This document shows positions 25,222 through 36,539 of a DNA stretch of 64,000 nt, piece by piece (within the stretch, counting starts at the first letter, position 1; the number at the start of each line of letters is the position of its first letter). The notes below the pieces were generated by a model. That model saw only the letters and a program-made list of their open reading frames with translations, was not told the origin of the DNA and did no database searches. The stretch is taken from positions 20,093,521 through 20,157,520 of the forward strand of contig NC_134842.1 in the NCBI RefSeq assembly GCF_965363235.1, in the 5' to 3' direction. The translations under genes were made by a program, and so were the position numbers. The DNA comes from Mytilus galloprovincialis. Taxonomy: Eukaryota.

Positions 25222-27146
25222 TGTTAGCGGCAAAAAGTGAAATTATACAATAAGCTTAAATCCTAGGCAACAAGCTAACGCCTAGGCATTAAGTTATTGC
25301 CTGAAATTTTCAGGCATTAAGCTTATTACCTGAAATCTTATGATGATTATTCATTCTATTGCCGAACATAATTTTAGGCAATAAGTGAAATCTGGAATGA
25401 ATGCTTATTTGGTGATTTATTCTTGATATAAAGGAGTTACTTAATTTATTTATTTCTTATATAATTTCTTATACAATTCAAAATTTGGTGACTATGTGGA
25501 ACGCATATATCCCATCGAATTGGAGATAAAGGATACTACAGATACAGTTAAGTCGGCTTCATATCTTGACTTAGATCTAGAAATTGACAATGAGGGTCGG
25601 TGGAAAACAAAACTTTACGACAAAAGAGATGATTTCAGCTTTCCAATTGTGAACTTTTCATTTCTAAGTAGCAACATTCCAGCAGCACCTGCATACGGAG
25701 TATATATCTCCCAATTGATACGATATTCCCGTGCTTGCATTTCCTATCATGATTTTCTTGATAGAGGGTTACTGCTCACAAGGAAGCTATTAAACCAAGA
25801 GTTCCAAATGGTGAAGTTGAAATCATCCCTACGTAAATTTTACGGACGCCATCATGAGTTGGTTGACTGTTATGGAATAACCGTTTCACAAATGATATCG
25901 GATATGTGTTTCACGCCGTAACTACAATCCCCTTCCCTTCCATGAATGTGACCTACCGAATTAGACTATTTACCGGATTTGTAATCACATAAGCAACACG
26001 ACAGGTGCCACATGTGGAGCAGGATCTGCTTACCCTTCCGGAGCACCTGAGATCACCCCTAGTTTTTGGTGGGGTTCGTGTTATTTTGTAGTTTTCTATG
26101 TTGTGTCATGTGTACTATTGTTTTTCTGTTTGTCTTTTTCATTTTTAGCCATGGCGTTGTCAGTTTGTTTTAGATTTATGAGTTTGACTGTCCCTTTGGT
26201 ATCTTTCGTCCCTCTTTTATATAACATGTGTAAATATACATTCATTTGCCAGATCTTCTAATTTAGTTATTTATGTAGTAATTAGACAAAATTAAAATGT
26301 GATTTTTTTTGCTTACACAATTTTTCAGGTTTTTTTTTTTATAGGATAAGTAAATTTTCTTTATTAACAGTTTCACAACTTGTAATAACAAAATTATTTG
26401 AACACAAATTTTTATCAAGTTTTCATATTTTTAGATTGTTATTTTGATATAGATAACATATCTTATTAGTGATTTTATTTCCAGTCCGTTGTGGAGTGAT
26501 GTGACACTTCCATTTCAGCTCCCTCAACGCATGAGTTTACTGATAACTTTTTGCAGTTAGTTTGTTCAATTCTAATATAAAACGTAGTTATATTTTTACG
26601 AATGTTTTGTTTCATAGAGTTTACCATGTACAAATTATTATAATTCAAAACTAATATTTATTTTCTAATAGTTAGTCGGTTTTTAAATTAAAGTTGTTTG
26701 CTAAATAAGATACAGTATTATTTTTTTTCATTTGCTATTTTTTTTTACGTCAATACGCGGCTATGACATCTAGCTACGATAATCCTTAGATAGCTTCAAT
26801 GTGCATGCTGAGACATGTCGTAAGTCGGTCCTAACTTTATCATAATTTCTGTCTAAGAATATCTTATAGGATCGATCTCGGGACAGTTTCGATAAACAGA
26901 CCCCAGTTCTTATAATGTTATTATTTTACAAATAAATTGTTATTTAAATGAATAAATGTCTTTTATTTACTCGCATTTATATTTTAGGCATTAAGCTTAA
27001 TGCCTGCACACATTTTTCAGGATTTAATCATAAATCCTAGGATTTATTACTAATGCCTATCATTTAGGCAATAGAGTTACTGCCTAGGCGTTAGCTTATT
27101 GCCTAGGATTTGAGCCTAATGCCTAATTTCACTTATTGCCGCTAAC
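25222..27146. mobile_element. Non-autonomous DNA-transposon-like element with ~70-110-bp terminal inverted repeats, flanked by (TA)n. It carries the LINE fragment 25483-26235 internally.
   Basis: The left end 'GTTAGCGGCAAAAAGTGAAATTATACAATAAGCTTAAATCCTAGGCAACAAGCTAACGCCTAGGCATTAAG...' (25222-) is the reverse complement of the right end '...CTTAATGCCTAGGCGTTAGCTTATTGCCTAGGATTTGAGCCTAATGCCTAATTTCACTTATTGCCGCTAAC' (-27146). Both sides are flanked by 'atatatatat'. Internal sub-repeats include 'ggcattaagcttaatgcc'. Confidence 0.6.
25483..26235 (+). mobile_element. 5'-truncated non-LTR retroelement copy from the same family as 2928-3640 (RT C-terminus plus 3' UTR).
   Basis: ORF 25496-25921 'RIYPIELEIKDT..YLDLDLEIDNEGRWKTKLYDKRDDFSFPIVNFSFLSSNIPAAPAYGVYISQLIRYSRAC...'. 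The 3' tail 25922-26235 is the reverse complement of 2928-3247. Confidence 0.8.
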
Positions 27147-27839
27147 ATATATATATAATTTCGTAATTTTGCCAAACTCTGCATATATGTGTTTTTAGAC
27201 AATTTGTTATTTGTTGAACATTTAAATTAAAGGTTCTCCTGTATTCACAAAATCCAGAAAAAAAATTGTTACATATGACCAAGAATGAATCCTTAGTAAA
27301 ATGCAAAATCTATGACTTTACATGTTAAAAATATTGACAGGCTTGACTGGTAATATCATGGCTTTAACATAAAGATGTTATTATAAGAAATAAATGCCTC
27401 TTTTAAAATTTAACAGGGTTGCGTTCTGGCTGCCTGTGTATATATCTCAAGTGTGAAATGCTTTTGTGCTTCATACAGATAGCTTTAGATAGCTCAGACT
27501 CGGGTGTTCATTGCATATGCCGAAATTGTTATTTTTTTTATTTTGAAACCTTACAAAAGGTTAATCAATTTTACAAATTTTTATATGAAGTATTGTTTTA
27601 TGCATACTAGCTGTAAGTGAATTTTTCAATTTGAAAGTACATATAATATCAAGGAATCTGCAATTCTTATATTAGTATTTTTGATTGTTGAATGTCCAGT
27701 AGCAATTATTTAATGCATATGTAGAACCACTAGTATCCAAAGGTTGAAAATAAGATGTTAAGGAGTGTAAACTTTTGAACCTTATTTCTACTTTAATGTC
27801 AATGTATACGTACTATTTATAATGACAACTTCAGTATGT

Positions 27840-29030
27840 ATACTAAAGAAATTTATCCTGTTGAACTTACTTTAAATAAAGCTAATACTAACAATAACCC
27901 CTGTACTTTCCTCGATCTGGATATCTATATTATTAACGGAAAGCCTAATACAAAAATGTATGATAAAGGAGATGATTTTTCATTTCCTATAGTTAACTAT
28001 CCATTTTAGAGGGTGACGTTCCCTTGTCACCATCTTATGGTGTTTATATATATCAACTTGTACGATTCGCTCGTGTACGTAGCACAGTATTAGATTTTAG
28101 CGATATAAATTATTGATATCACAAACTAGTTAAAACATTTACTAAATGTTATCATCGGTAGATGGAAATGATTCGTAAATATAACTCAACATGCAGACAT
28201 CTTATACGTTCAGGTATTTCACATCCAATCTTTTATGGTTATATTCTTTACAAAGCCAAACAATATCAGTATTAACCTCAAAAGCTAACAAAACCTTTAA
28301 ACAGACTTATAAAGAAGTAAAATAGTTACGATGCTGTTGTCAGGTCATTAAAGATAAAATATTTTAGTTTTAATATTGATTCACTTTTAGGGTCTTTGCA
28401 TCGGAATTAAACACATTTATTCTAAAACATGTTGTTGGCATGACACGGGTTATGTTCTTCTCATATATTTCATGATGGTATGATACTAAATCCCTAACAG
28501 GAGGGTTGTGTCTGATATTCATATGATGAAGACATAATCTTTCAATCAGTTTGTTTGAGGTCTGGAGCTGGCATGTCAGTAACTGCTAGTAGTCTGTTGT
28601 TATTTATGTATTATTATCATTTTGTCTATTTTCTTTTGTTTCATATTCTGACATCGGACTCGGTCTCCTCTGAGTTTTACTGTGCGTATTGTTGTGCGTT
28701 TGTTTTCTATATTGGCTAGGGTATAGGGGGTGAGTTGAGATCTCAAAAAACTCCGTCGCAATTTTGCGCCTGTCCCAAGTCAGGAGCATCTGGCCTTTGT
28801 TAGTCTGGTAAGATTTTTGATTTTAGTTTCTTGTGTAAAAATCGGAGGTTAGTATGCCGTTCATTATCACTAAACTTGTATGCATATTTGATTAGGGGCC
28901 AGCTGAAGGACGCCTCCGGGTGAGGGAGTTTCTAGCTACATTGAAGACCCATTAGTTGCCTTCGGTTGTTGTCTGCCCTATCGTCGGGTTGGTGTCGCTT
29001 TGACACATTCCCCATTTTTATTCTCAATTT
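27840..29030 (+). mobile_element. Degenerate copy of the same retroelement (RT C-terminus with stop codons, plus the 3' tail).
   Basis: 'EIYPVELTLNKANTNNNPCTFLDLDIYIINGKPNTKMYDKGDDFSFPIVNYPF*' with in-frame stops. The tail 28540-29000 matches 35880-36370. Confidence 0.55.
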
Positions 29031-30238
29031 TATCTAAAATATTTAGAAAATTAGCTAGATACAACCTTAAGATAGAGTGTGTAATGGTATGTGACTTTAT
29101 GCATATCTAATGCATTAACCAAAGTATGACCAGTGGAAGCAAGCAAAAAAATATTTCCAATGGGGGATAATGAAATAAATAATGTATCATTCAATCTATC
29201 ATACTATGTAAATATGTCATATTTAAATGAATAATTGAATAAATGTAAGATGTGAAACTGAAACTAAGTGATCTTTTTGTTTCAGTCAGGGGAAACATTT
29301 CTTAGTTCAAGCTTCTGTACAAGTAGACATCATTAAGTTGTTTTATAACAAAGTATGGAAAATGTCTATTATGATAAAATTTGTTATAAAAATTTCCTCA
29401 TTTAAAGAAATTATTAAAATAGAATTCTATGAAAAGTAGTACATTAAATACAAAATTTATGAAATAGCAAACAAGGAAAAGTTGTTGAAGAAGACTTTGA
29501 TTGTATCTTAGAATTAAGAGTTATTTCAGTTAACATAGTTAAAACCTTAAACTAAAACATCCTGCCTGATCAAGTTGATATGTCGATAGTAAAATATTTA
29601 AAAAAAACCAAACAGTCAACCTACAAAGCGAAAGGGTGTGGGTGGTTCCAAAAAAACATGTGCCTGCTTCATCAGAAATATACATAAGAAATTAATATCA
29701 AAAACAGAAAGACTACATTCGATAAGTTTTAAATAGAACATTGCTATCTCCAAACTTGATAACACAATTACCATCTCAGACAATATGTAAAATAAACTAT
29801 TTTGTTTATTTTACAGAAAATATTATTAATTTTACAGGAAATATTGTTTATTTTACAGGAAAGTCAAGAAAATCAACATTTATACTATTACAAGGATAAA
29901 CTAATATTTAGACTATGATACAGTACAAGAAACCAAACAACCAGTACAAGGATAAAGAACAATCGAGAAAGTTATACAGTACCAATTAGAAATCATTAAA
30001 AAAAATAGAGGAAAATATTGGACAATTTGACAGGAACATCTAGAAACCATTACAAGGACAGAGAGAATATCTAGACAAATATACAGTACCAATTAGAAAC
30101 CATTACAAGGATAAAGAATAGTAGGACAACTATATACAGGATCGTCAAACAGAAGCCATCAGAAGGAAGAAGAGAAAAAAATCTGGAAAGTAGTGCAGCA
30201 TCATTGTACTATTTATAATCCCTACAAAATTAAGAACA

Positions 30239-32907
30239 ATGTCTCACAGTAAAACGGAATGTTTATATTTTTATAAATATTTGTGTCAGAAAATTGGATC
30301 AGAGAAAGTTGTAAGCGCTAGACGATTGACATCTATAAGTAGATATTTTACAATGTCGGGCAGAATTATCCCTCATATAAGCAGTGGAAGTAAGACAGAA
30401 GGACTGGATCTTAAAGGTAGTGATACTGATATTATGTGTATTGATCCTGCATTTATAGTATATAAATCAGATAAAGATGTTGTCCAGAATAGAAGGATAG
30501 CATTAGTAATGGATACCGAGGACACACCACCGTGTTTTACACAACTACAACCATATACGAATGTAAATAACTTACCAAACGTCTATAAACAACAGCTACA
30601 ATACCACGGAAGAAAAATCCTACTTTCAAGTGAGCTTTACAAGTCACAAGCATTAAAAGAAATACAAGATATATCTCCAAAGACAAAAGGAAAACGCATA
30701 TTCATGTTTCATGCGTATCGGACATTGATGATAATTTTGATTAAGCAATGTGCCTTAAATGTGATTAGTGGTTATGGCAGGCACAACCATGGATATCTAG
30801 ACCACGTTTAATATGGCCTTCACCGGAAATTATTTCAAAAATAACTGCATGCGGTACTCTATTTGTTCCAATTGGTAACAAGGGATCTATACACGAGAAC
30901 CTTCAGTGGCGAATATCCTTTTCTGTCGCTGAGAAGATATTGATATATTCTTTCAGTCATACCCAGCTTCTATGCTATGCTTTGATAAAGAGATTATTGA
31001 AAGAAATAGAAAATGAAAGGGAAGACTTCAAAGATTTATTGTGTTCATACTTTTTGAAGACCCTTATGTTTTGGATGTCAGAAGAAAATGAACCATCAGT
31101 CTGGAGACCAGATAATATCATTCCATGTTTTATGGCCTGTTTAAAAAGGTTACTATACTGTATAGAGTATTCAACGTTATTACATTACTTCATTCCTGAT
31201 AACAACTTGTTCTATTTGAGGTTTAACAATAAACAAAGGAACACATTAATCAACTTCCTAAAACAATCATACCAAAAGGAAATTCAGGTTTTCTCATTAT
31301 CTCAGACTTTACATGATTACAGATGATTTTCATGTAAAACTACAAGATCAATGAGTGAAATAACTACAACAATAAAAACAATGACAGAGTACAAACACTC
31401 ACCTATTTAAAAAATCTTAGGCTTATTGATCACTTTGCTGAATCATTGTAAAACTGAATTATCCAGATGTATCTTTCAGATTTCTTTTGCAAGTGCATAT
31501 CAAATAATACCTTTTGCACTACCACAAATAAAAAAAAACAACCAATAAACAGCAATACAATTCTACAAACATGACCTCAGCCAGTTGTTGGTTGGTTTAC
31601 GGTCAGATTCAAGATCAGGGTGGCTGATATTGGCCTCTTTCTTCTACAGTTACCAAAAGTATTTAACATCAACAGATATAATCAATTACACTTTGTCAAA
31701 AGGTACAGATGAATCATCTTTATCAAAGATTACACTGAAACAGAAAAAGACACTGAAACTAATATCTCTACTACCAGCACCATATGTTTCATTTTACAGG
31801 ATGACATTTATTTCAGTCATCCCACTGGAACTAAAGTCTCCTCATGACTTTGGTATGGCGGTATTTATAAGTTCCATACCATTTGCACATTTCCTCCGTT
31901 TTCTGTGTTGTTACCATATACAGGACTTTGCATCAAGTAGGTATTGTATAAATAAATTGTCAAAGTCAACTTGTTCTATTTAAGATTTAACAATTAAAAG
32001 ATCCTAAAGAAAACATACCAAACAGGTATTCAGATTTTCTCAATTTCTCAGACTTTACAGGATTATAGAAGATTTACATGTGAAACTATAAGATCAGTGT
32101 GTGAACTAGCTATACAATAATGAAAATCATTGAAGAGAAGACAGAGTCACATTTTGTTAACAATTTACTACTCATAGTGAACATTTTAATGCATCATTGT
32201 AAAACTGACTTATCCAGAGTTATATTTAAACGGTCAGTTGCAAGGATATATCACATAAGGCCTATTGTTCTACTACATGTAAATAACCCAAACAATAAAC
32301 ACCATTACAAACTTTACAAACATGACTGCAGCAAGTTGTTGATTGGTGTACAGTCAGATGCAGGTGGCTGATATTGGCATCTTTCTTCTACAGTCACCAA
32401 AATTATGTAACATCAATTGATATAATCAATTATACTTTGTCAAAATGTACCGATGAATCATCTTTGTCAAAGATAACACTAAAACAGACGAATAAACTGA
32501 TATTCATATCACTATGTGAGACGCGTCAAACTTAATTTGTCTCATTAATGAAGTTTTTGATGAAATTAGTCATTCCAATGGAACTAAAGTCTCTTTATGA
32601 CTTTGGTATATTTGTAGTAATAAGTTCCATATCATATTCACATTTCCTACGTTTTCTGTGTTGTTACCATCTCCATGACTTCAAATCAAGTCGGTATTGT
32701 ATAAATATGTTATTAGAAACAGTAAGTGAATACAGTCAGTCGAGAGAACAAAAAGCATTTGAAAATGTATATAATTTAATTCTACTAGGAATAGCTTTAG
32801 AGATGTTAGGTGAGAGAGATTTAGCAAGAAAATATTTCCATATTGCTGCAGATAAAGATCCAGATAACTGTATATGTGCTGCATTCAGACTGTGTCAACA
32901 AAGCTGA
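30239..32907 (+). pseudogene. cGLR / Mab-21-domain nucleotidyltransferase paralogue, copy 2. The N-terminal NTase core is intact; the C-terminal half is disrupted.
   Basis: The N-terminal ORF 30239-30811 carries 'HISSGSKTEGLDLKGSDTDIMCI', the pol-beta NTase motif GS-x10-DxD with the same spacing as cGAS GS212/E225/D227. A nucleotide-level alignment to copy 1 shows three defects: a net +1 frameshift near 30720-30755 (CAG in copy 1 corresponds to TAG here at ~30753), a nonsense codon AGA to TGA at 31324, and further stops at 31407, 31536 and beyond. Segment ~31200-31975 is tandemly duplicated as ~31975-32560. The last ORF (32548-32907) still aligns to the C-terminus of copy 1 ('HFLRFLCCYHLHDF.S..YCIN.LLETV...NLILLGIA..MLG.RD.ARKYFH.AA'). 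Confidence 0.65.
31200..32560 (+). repeat. Internal tandem duplication, two diverged units of ~0.6-0.78 kb, inside cGLR copy 2.
   Basis: The copy-1-like stretch 'NNLFYLRFN...QTLQDYRRF.CET.RS.CE..' appears at 31200-31340 and again at 31975-32100. 'LVG.QSD...GWL.LASFFY...Y.TS.DII.YTLSK.TDESSLSKITLKQ' appears at 31585-31760 and again at 32330-32490. Confidence 0.6.
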
Positions 32908-34839
32908 AGCCTGAGCGAGGACAAAAACACAATCACTGTAAACACTAGACGTAGAATAGAGTGTAGCTCATTTTTTTATAACTTTTCTCAACTTTCAAAT
33001 TACACAAATATTTTGGTCAAAGACAAAAGTTTTTAAAGTAATTTCTATGCCATATATGAATTCACCCATTAAGTATTGGATTTTCACACATATACTTGTT
33101 ATTCACCTGTAATCATATTTAAAAAAGAAGGTATGCTAACAGCCATTATCTGGTCCCTGAAATTCTAAAAATATAAACAATAAACAAGTCTTTCAAAATC
33201 AATGAGCATGCTGTTATAATCAGAAAGCTGTAGTGATGAAAGGACAGTTATGATGTCACTTTGATGTCAGTAACATATTTGACCTAAAAAGGACCAATTG
33301 CACACAGATTTTGGATACAATAGATATGAGCCAAGGTCTTACCAATAAAAATATAGTTGACACACATTAACATCTTTGTAAAATACATCTAGTAGCAAAA
33401 TATCTGTTATGGTAAAGCCTTAGTTAATATAAAAAATAAATGAAATTTCAAAATGAGGCTCTATTTGCAATTTTTGCAACTTAATTTTGAAGCACAAATA
33501 TAAATGTGTATGTCAAAATTCTTAATATCAATACTGATGTTTGACAGATTAAAGTTTTACAAAAGTTAAAGAGAATATTTTTTTTGGTAGAGTTTTAATA
33601 TTTCTTGATTTTCGATTTGAAGGGGTAAAAAAAGTGACCATATATCATTCCTCCTCCTTTCACATTGTTTTAGATAATAATTATCTAATTTTGTCATAAT
33701 GAAATAACCATGTACCTTTAGTAAATGTCATTTAGTTTTTAAGGTGGTACACAACTCTACATGGATATAACTCTGTAAAAAGCAGCTAAACATTTTAATC
33801 CCGTTCTATTGTAAAAAAATTATTTAGCTTGTCTATGATCAAAAATAGTGTTTGTCAAACTGATATAAATCCAAAGAATTTTTTTCAATTAAGTCTGTAG
33901 TTCAAAGTAAATATTTTGTAAATTTTTTTTATTTTTTTTTATTAAAATCAAACCAGCAAAATTAATTTGAGTCAAGGTGTTTGGTACCACCCTAAAGTCA
34001 ATAAATTGTTTAACTTTACAGCATTTATAATTATATGCTTATAATGATGTACATTGTTGTATAGTTTTAGAGTCAATAAATAATTTCTATACACAGTATG
34101 TTCAATATGCCTTTAATAACTGCAATATATTAACTACTGAATAAGGAAGTACATGTAATAGTAAATAGATGTATTCTGCGACTAGTTTAACATAGTAGTC
34201 TCATGTCACGGTGTTAAAGTGAAGTTCATGATAGCATGAAATATAGCAGACAGATTATCACAATTAAGGATGTTTGCTACTACTCTCGTTTATAATAAAA
34301 TGCCTCTGAAGAGACTGTGTTATATTGATAGTTATATAAACAACAGAACCATTAAATGTGCTTGTAAGCACTGAACATAAAGATTGCGTTAATTTATCAG
34401 TTTGAAGTAAAATTAAATATTGCATTATCCATACATCATTGGCTGTAGTTGATGCAGTTAAAATTCTGGACAACAGGAGATAACTCTAATCTTTAAAGAT
34501 GACTTTAACAATGACATCATTTATATCTTTAGAACAGATATTAGATTTACGCACCTTGTTAAAAGTTATTTTCTTGACAAGTGTAACATCGTTTTGTGAC
34601 TTGAATATTTGAGCATATATTACATTGATTCATTTCTAGATAAGTTCATGGCCATGGATATGATGTTTAAAATGTTATGATTAATGCACTGTATTTTGTG
34701 TATTTAAAAGGTAGTCATTACCCTTTGAAGATTTAGATATCAGTCAGTAACATAGTTTTTTTTATTGCGTTTCATGCATTCTTTACCCCAAAAATCAGGA
34801 AAAAAAAGGTCTGTCATTTTTTAGTAGCAATAAACAAAA

Positions 34840-36370
34840 AAACTATGTTAATTGGACATGCTTTGATACTATATATGCCCTCGAATTTTTACTAGATAAC
34901 ATTTTTGTTCGCTTTGGGGATTCCGTATATCGTCAGATTATCGGAATTCCAATGGGGACTAACTGTGCACCACTTATTGCGGACCTCTTTTTGTATTGTT
35001 ATGAGTTACAATTTATGACAAAAATAAGCAAAGAACCATCAAAACAACATCTGATAAACAAATTTAATAATACTTTTAGATATTTGGATGATATTTTGGC
35101 TCTCAATAATGACGACTTCAGTATGTATATTAATGAAATTTATCCTGCTGAACTTACTTTAAATAAAGCTAATACTAACAATGACCACTGCCCTTTCCTC
35201 GATCTTGATATCTATATCACTATTGGAAAGCTGAATACTCAAATTTACGATAAAAGGGATGATTTTTCATTTCCTATCGTTAATTATCCGTTTTTAGATG
35301 GTGACGTTCCCTTGTCACCATCTTACGGTGTTTATATATCTCAACTTGTACGATTCGCTCGTGTATGTAACAATGTTTTAGATTTTAACGAGAGAAATTT
35401 ATGTATTACTGAAAAATTATTACACCAGGGTTTTCGATATCACAAACTAGTCAAAACATTTACTAAATTTTATCATCGGTATAAAGACATCATTCGTAAA
35501 TATAGCTCAACATGCAGACTTCTTATACGTTCAGGTATTTCACATCCATTTTTTATGGAAATATTCTTTATAAAGCACAAAGGTGTCAGTATTCACCTCA
35601 GAAACTTACAAAACCTTTGAATAGACTTATTAAGAAGGGATATAATAACGATACTGTTGTCAAGTCATTAAAGATTGCATATTTTGGCGTTAATATTGAG
35701 TCACTGATAAGGTCTTTGCGTCGGAACTAAACACATTTATTCTAAAAACAGTTGTTGGCATGACACGGGTAATGTTCTTCTCATATATGTTATGATGGTA
35801 TGATACTAAACCCCTAACGGGAAGGATTGTGCCTGATGTTCATATGATGAAATCATAATCTTTCAGTCAGTTTAATGGAAGTCTGGAGCTGGCATGTCAG
35901 TTAACTGCTAGTAGTCTGTTGTTATTTATGAATTATTGTCATTTTGTTTATTTTCTTTGGTTACATCTTCTGACATCAGACTCGGACTTCTCTTGAACTG
36001 AATTTTAATGTGCGTATTGTTATGCGTTTACTTTTCTACATTGGTTAGAGGTATGGGGGAGGGTTGAGATCTCACAAACATGTTTAACCCCGCCGCATTT
36101 TTGCGCCTGTCCCAAGTCAGGAGCCTCTGGCCTTTGTTAGTCTTGTATTATTTTAATTTTAGTTTCTTGTGTACAATTTGGAAATTAGTATGGCGTTCAT
36201 TATCACTGAACTAGTATATATTTGTTTAGGGGCCTGCTGAAGGACGCCTCCGTGTGCAGGAATTTCTCGCTACATTGAAGACCTGTTGGTGACCTTCTGC
36301 TGTTGTTTTTTTATTTGGTCGGGTTGTTGTCTCTTTGACACATTCCCCATTTCCATTCTCAATTTTATGT
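34840..36370 (+). mobile_element. Retroelement copy with the longest surviving RT ORF (34952-35620), followed by the family's 3' tail (35880-36370).
   Basis: RT motifs 'FVRFGDSVYRQIIGIPMGTNCAPLIADLFLYCYE' and 'FRYLDDILALNN' (YxDD-type motif C), then '...YDKRDDFSFPIVNYPFLDGDVPLSPSYGVYISQLVRFARVC'. The 3' tail 'tggagctggcatgtcag...cctgtcccaagtcaggagcctctggcctttgttagtc...' recurs at 28540-29000, 4640-5150(-) and 46470-46745(-). Confidence 0.7.
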
Positions 36371-36539
36371 CATCCTCTTTTTATAAGATATATAAAGCCA
36401 TTGACAATTTAACAGGAATTGATTATCACCAAAATTTTCATACATTTAACATTGGTACCTTTTTTTCTGTCAAAATCTATGAAATAGAAACAAGAGTTTC
36501 ATAAGATTTTCTGAAATGGCTTTTTGGGATATGATTGCT

